A DNA stretch of 64,000 nucleotides, taken from Octopus sinensis. Taxonomy: Eukaryota. This document shows positions 63,321 through 64,000 of this stretch, in pieces. The DNA is taken from assembly GCF_006345805.1 (NCBI RefSeq), contig NC_042998.1:205406001-205470000 (forward strand), in the 5' to 3' direction. Made by a program: the position numbers and the translations under genes. Every line of letters starts with the position of its first letter. Positions within the stretch are counted from its first letter, which is position 1. The notes beneath the pieces are model-generated. The model saw only the letters and a list, made by a program, of their open reading frames with translations. It did no database searches and was not told the origin of the DNA.

Positions 63321-64000
63321 TCTATCTCCATACATACACGTGTGTATGTCATATCTACATGCGTGTGTGTGCGTGTGTGTGTGTGTGTGTGAGTGTGTGT
63401 GTGTACGTTTGTGTGTGTGTACGTTTGTGGTGTGTATGTCTGCGTGTGTGTGCGCGCGCGATTAAATGAGTCTGCGTTGGTGCGTGTGTGTATGAAACGT
63501 TCGTACGTTTATATATTTACACATTGAACTAAAAGAACCACGTAAACGGGGTGGGAGTGAGTTTTGTTGCTTTTCTTCCTCTTCCTTTGACCCTACAACA
63601 ACAACAACAACAACCACAATAACTGTAAGTACAGAATTAAATAACTGGGAAGACTATTCGAGAAGGGCGGTGTCTTTCGGCGTTGTTTCAAAGAAAAGTG
63701 GGGGTAAGTGGAGACAGGGGTTGTTCAATTGTTAAGGTGGGCTTCCAAGGGAATAAGAAAAGAGCGTACAGGGAATGAACCCCAGTTAAAATGATTGTGG
63801 TAAGGCTAGTAGTGTGAGAACGGACAAGCATTCTAGCACATGTCGATGTAGTTAGGGGCGATGGAGACGGCAAAAAGGGGCCGGTTGTTTCGGGAAGTCA
63901 TAATGTAAGTTATAAGGGACAGAGAGAGAGAGAGAAAGAGACAGAAAGGGTGGGGGGAGAAGAAGAAGAAGAAGAAGAAGAAGAAGAAGAGGAAGAAAGA

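Overview
Animal genomic DNA, extremely rich in microsatellites and transposons. The repeat content (tRNA-headed SINEs, (TATG)n/(TA)n/(CTAT)n tracts, RTE/CR1 LINEs, Penelope fragments) looks like a coleoid cephalopod, most likely Octopus; this is inferred by recognition, not by search. One host gene is present: a three-coding-exon Prdm13 ortholog on the minus strand (26945-26571, 16617-16368, 15086-13858; 617 aa; PR/SET domain, one zinc finger, low-complexity linker, three C2H2 fingers), with consistent splice phases. Most of the remainder is decayed mobile DNA: CR1-type, RTE and R4-like LINEs, a Penelope-like element (RT plus GIY-YIG), Tc1/mariner copies (one nested in another), MITEs, non-autonomous Helitrons and several SINE families. 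The most unusual signal is about a dozen minimal type-I hammerhead ribozyme folds (complete or partial) with palindromic stem III, in Penelope-LTR-like repeats. They include two canonical copies (32839-32933, 61837-61884), a U4C-core family (34989-35035, 35484-35523) and a family with the C3:G8 tertiary pair flipped to G3:C8 (36547-36598, 36614-36665). Three long fold-back inverted repeats cluster 6-10 kb upstream of the Prdm13 start codon. A 100-N assembly gap lies at 61453-61552. All folds were derived by hand and need computational and experimental confirmation.
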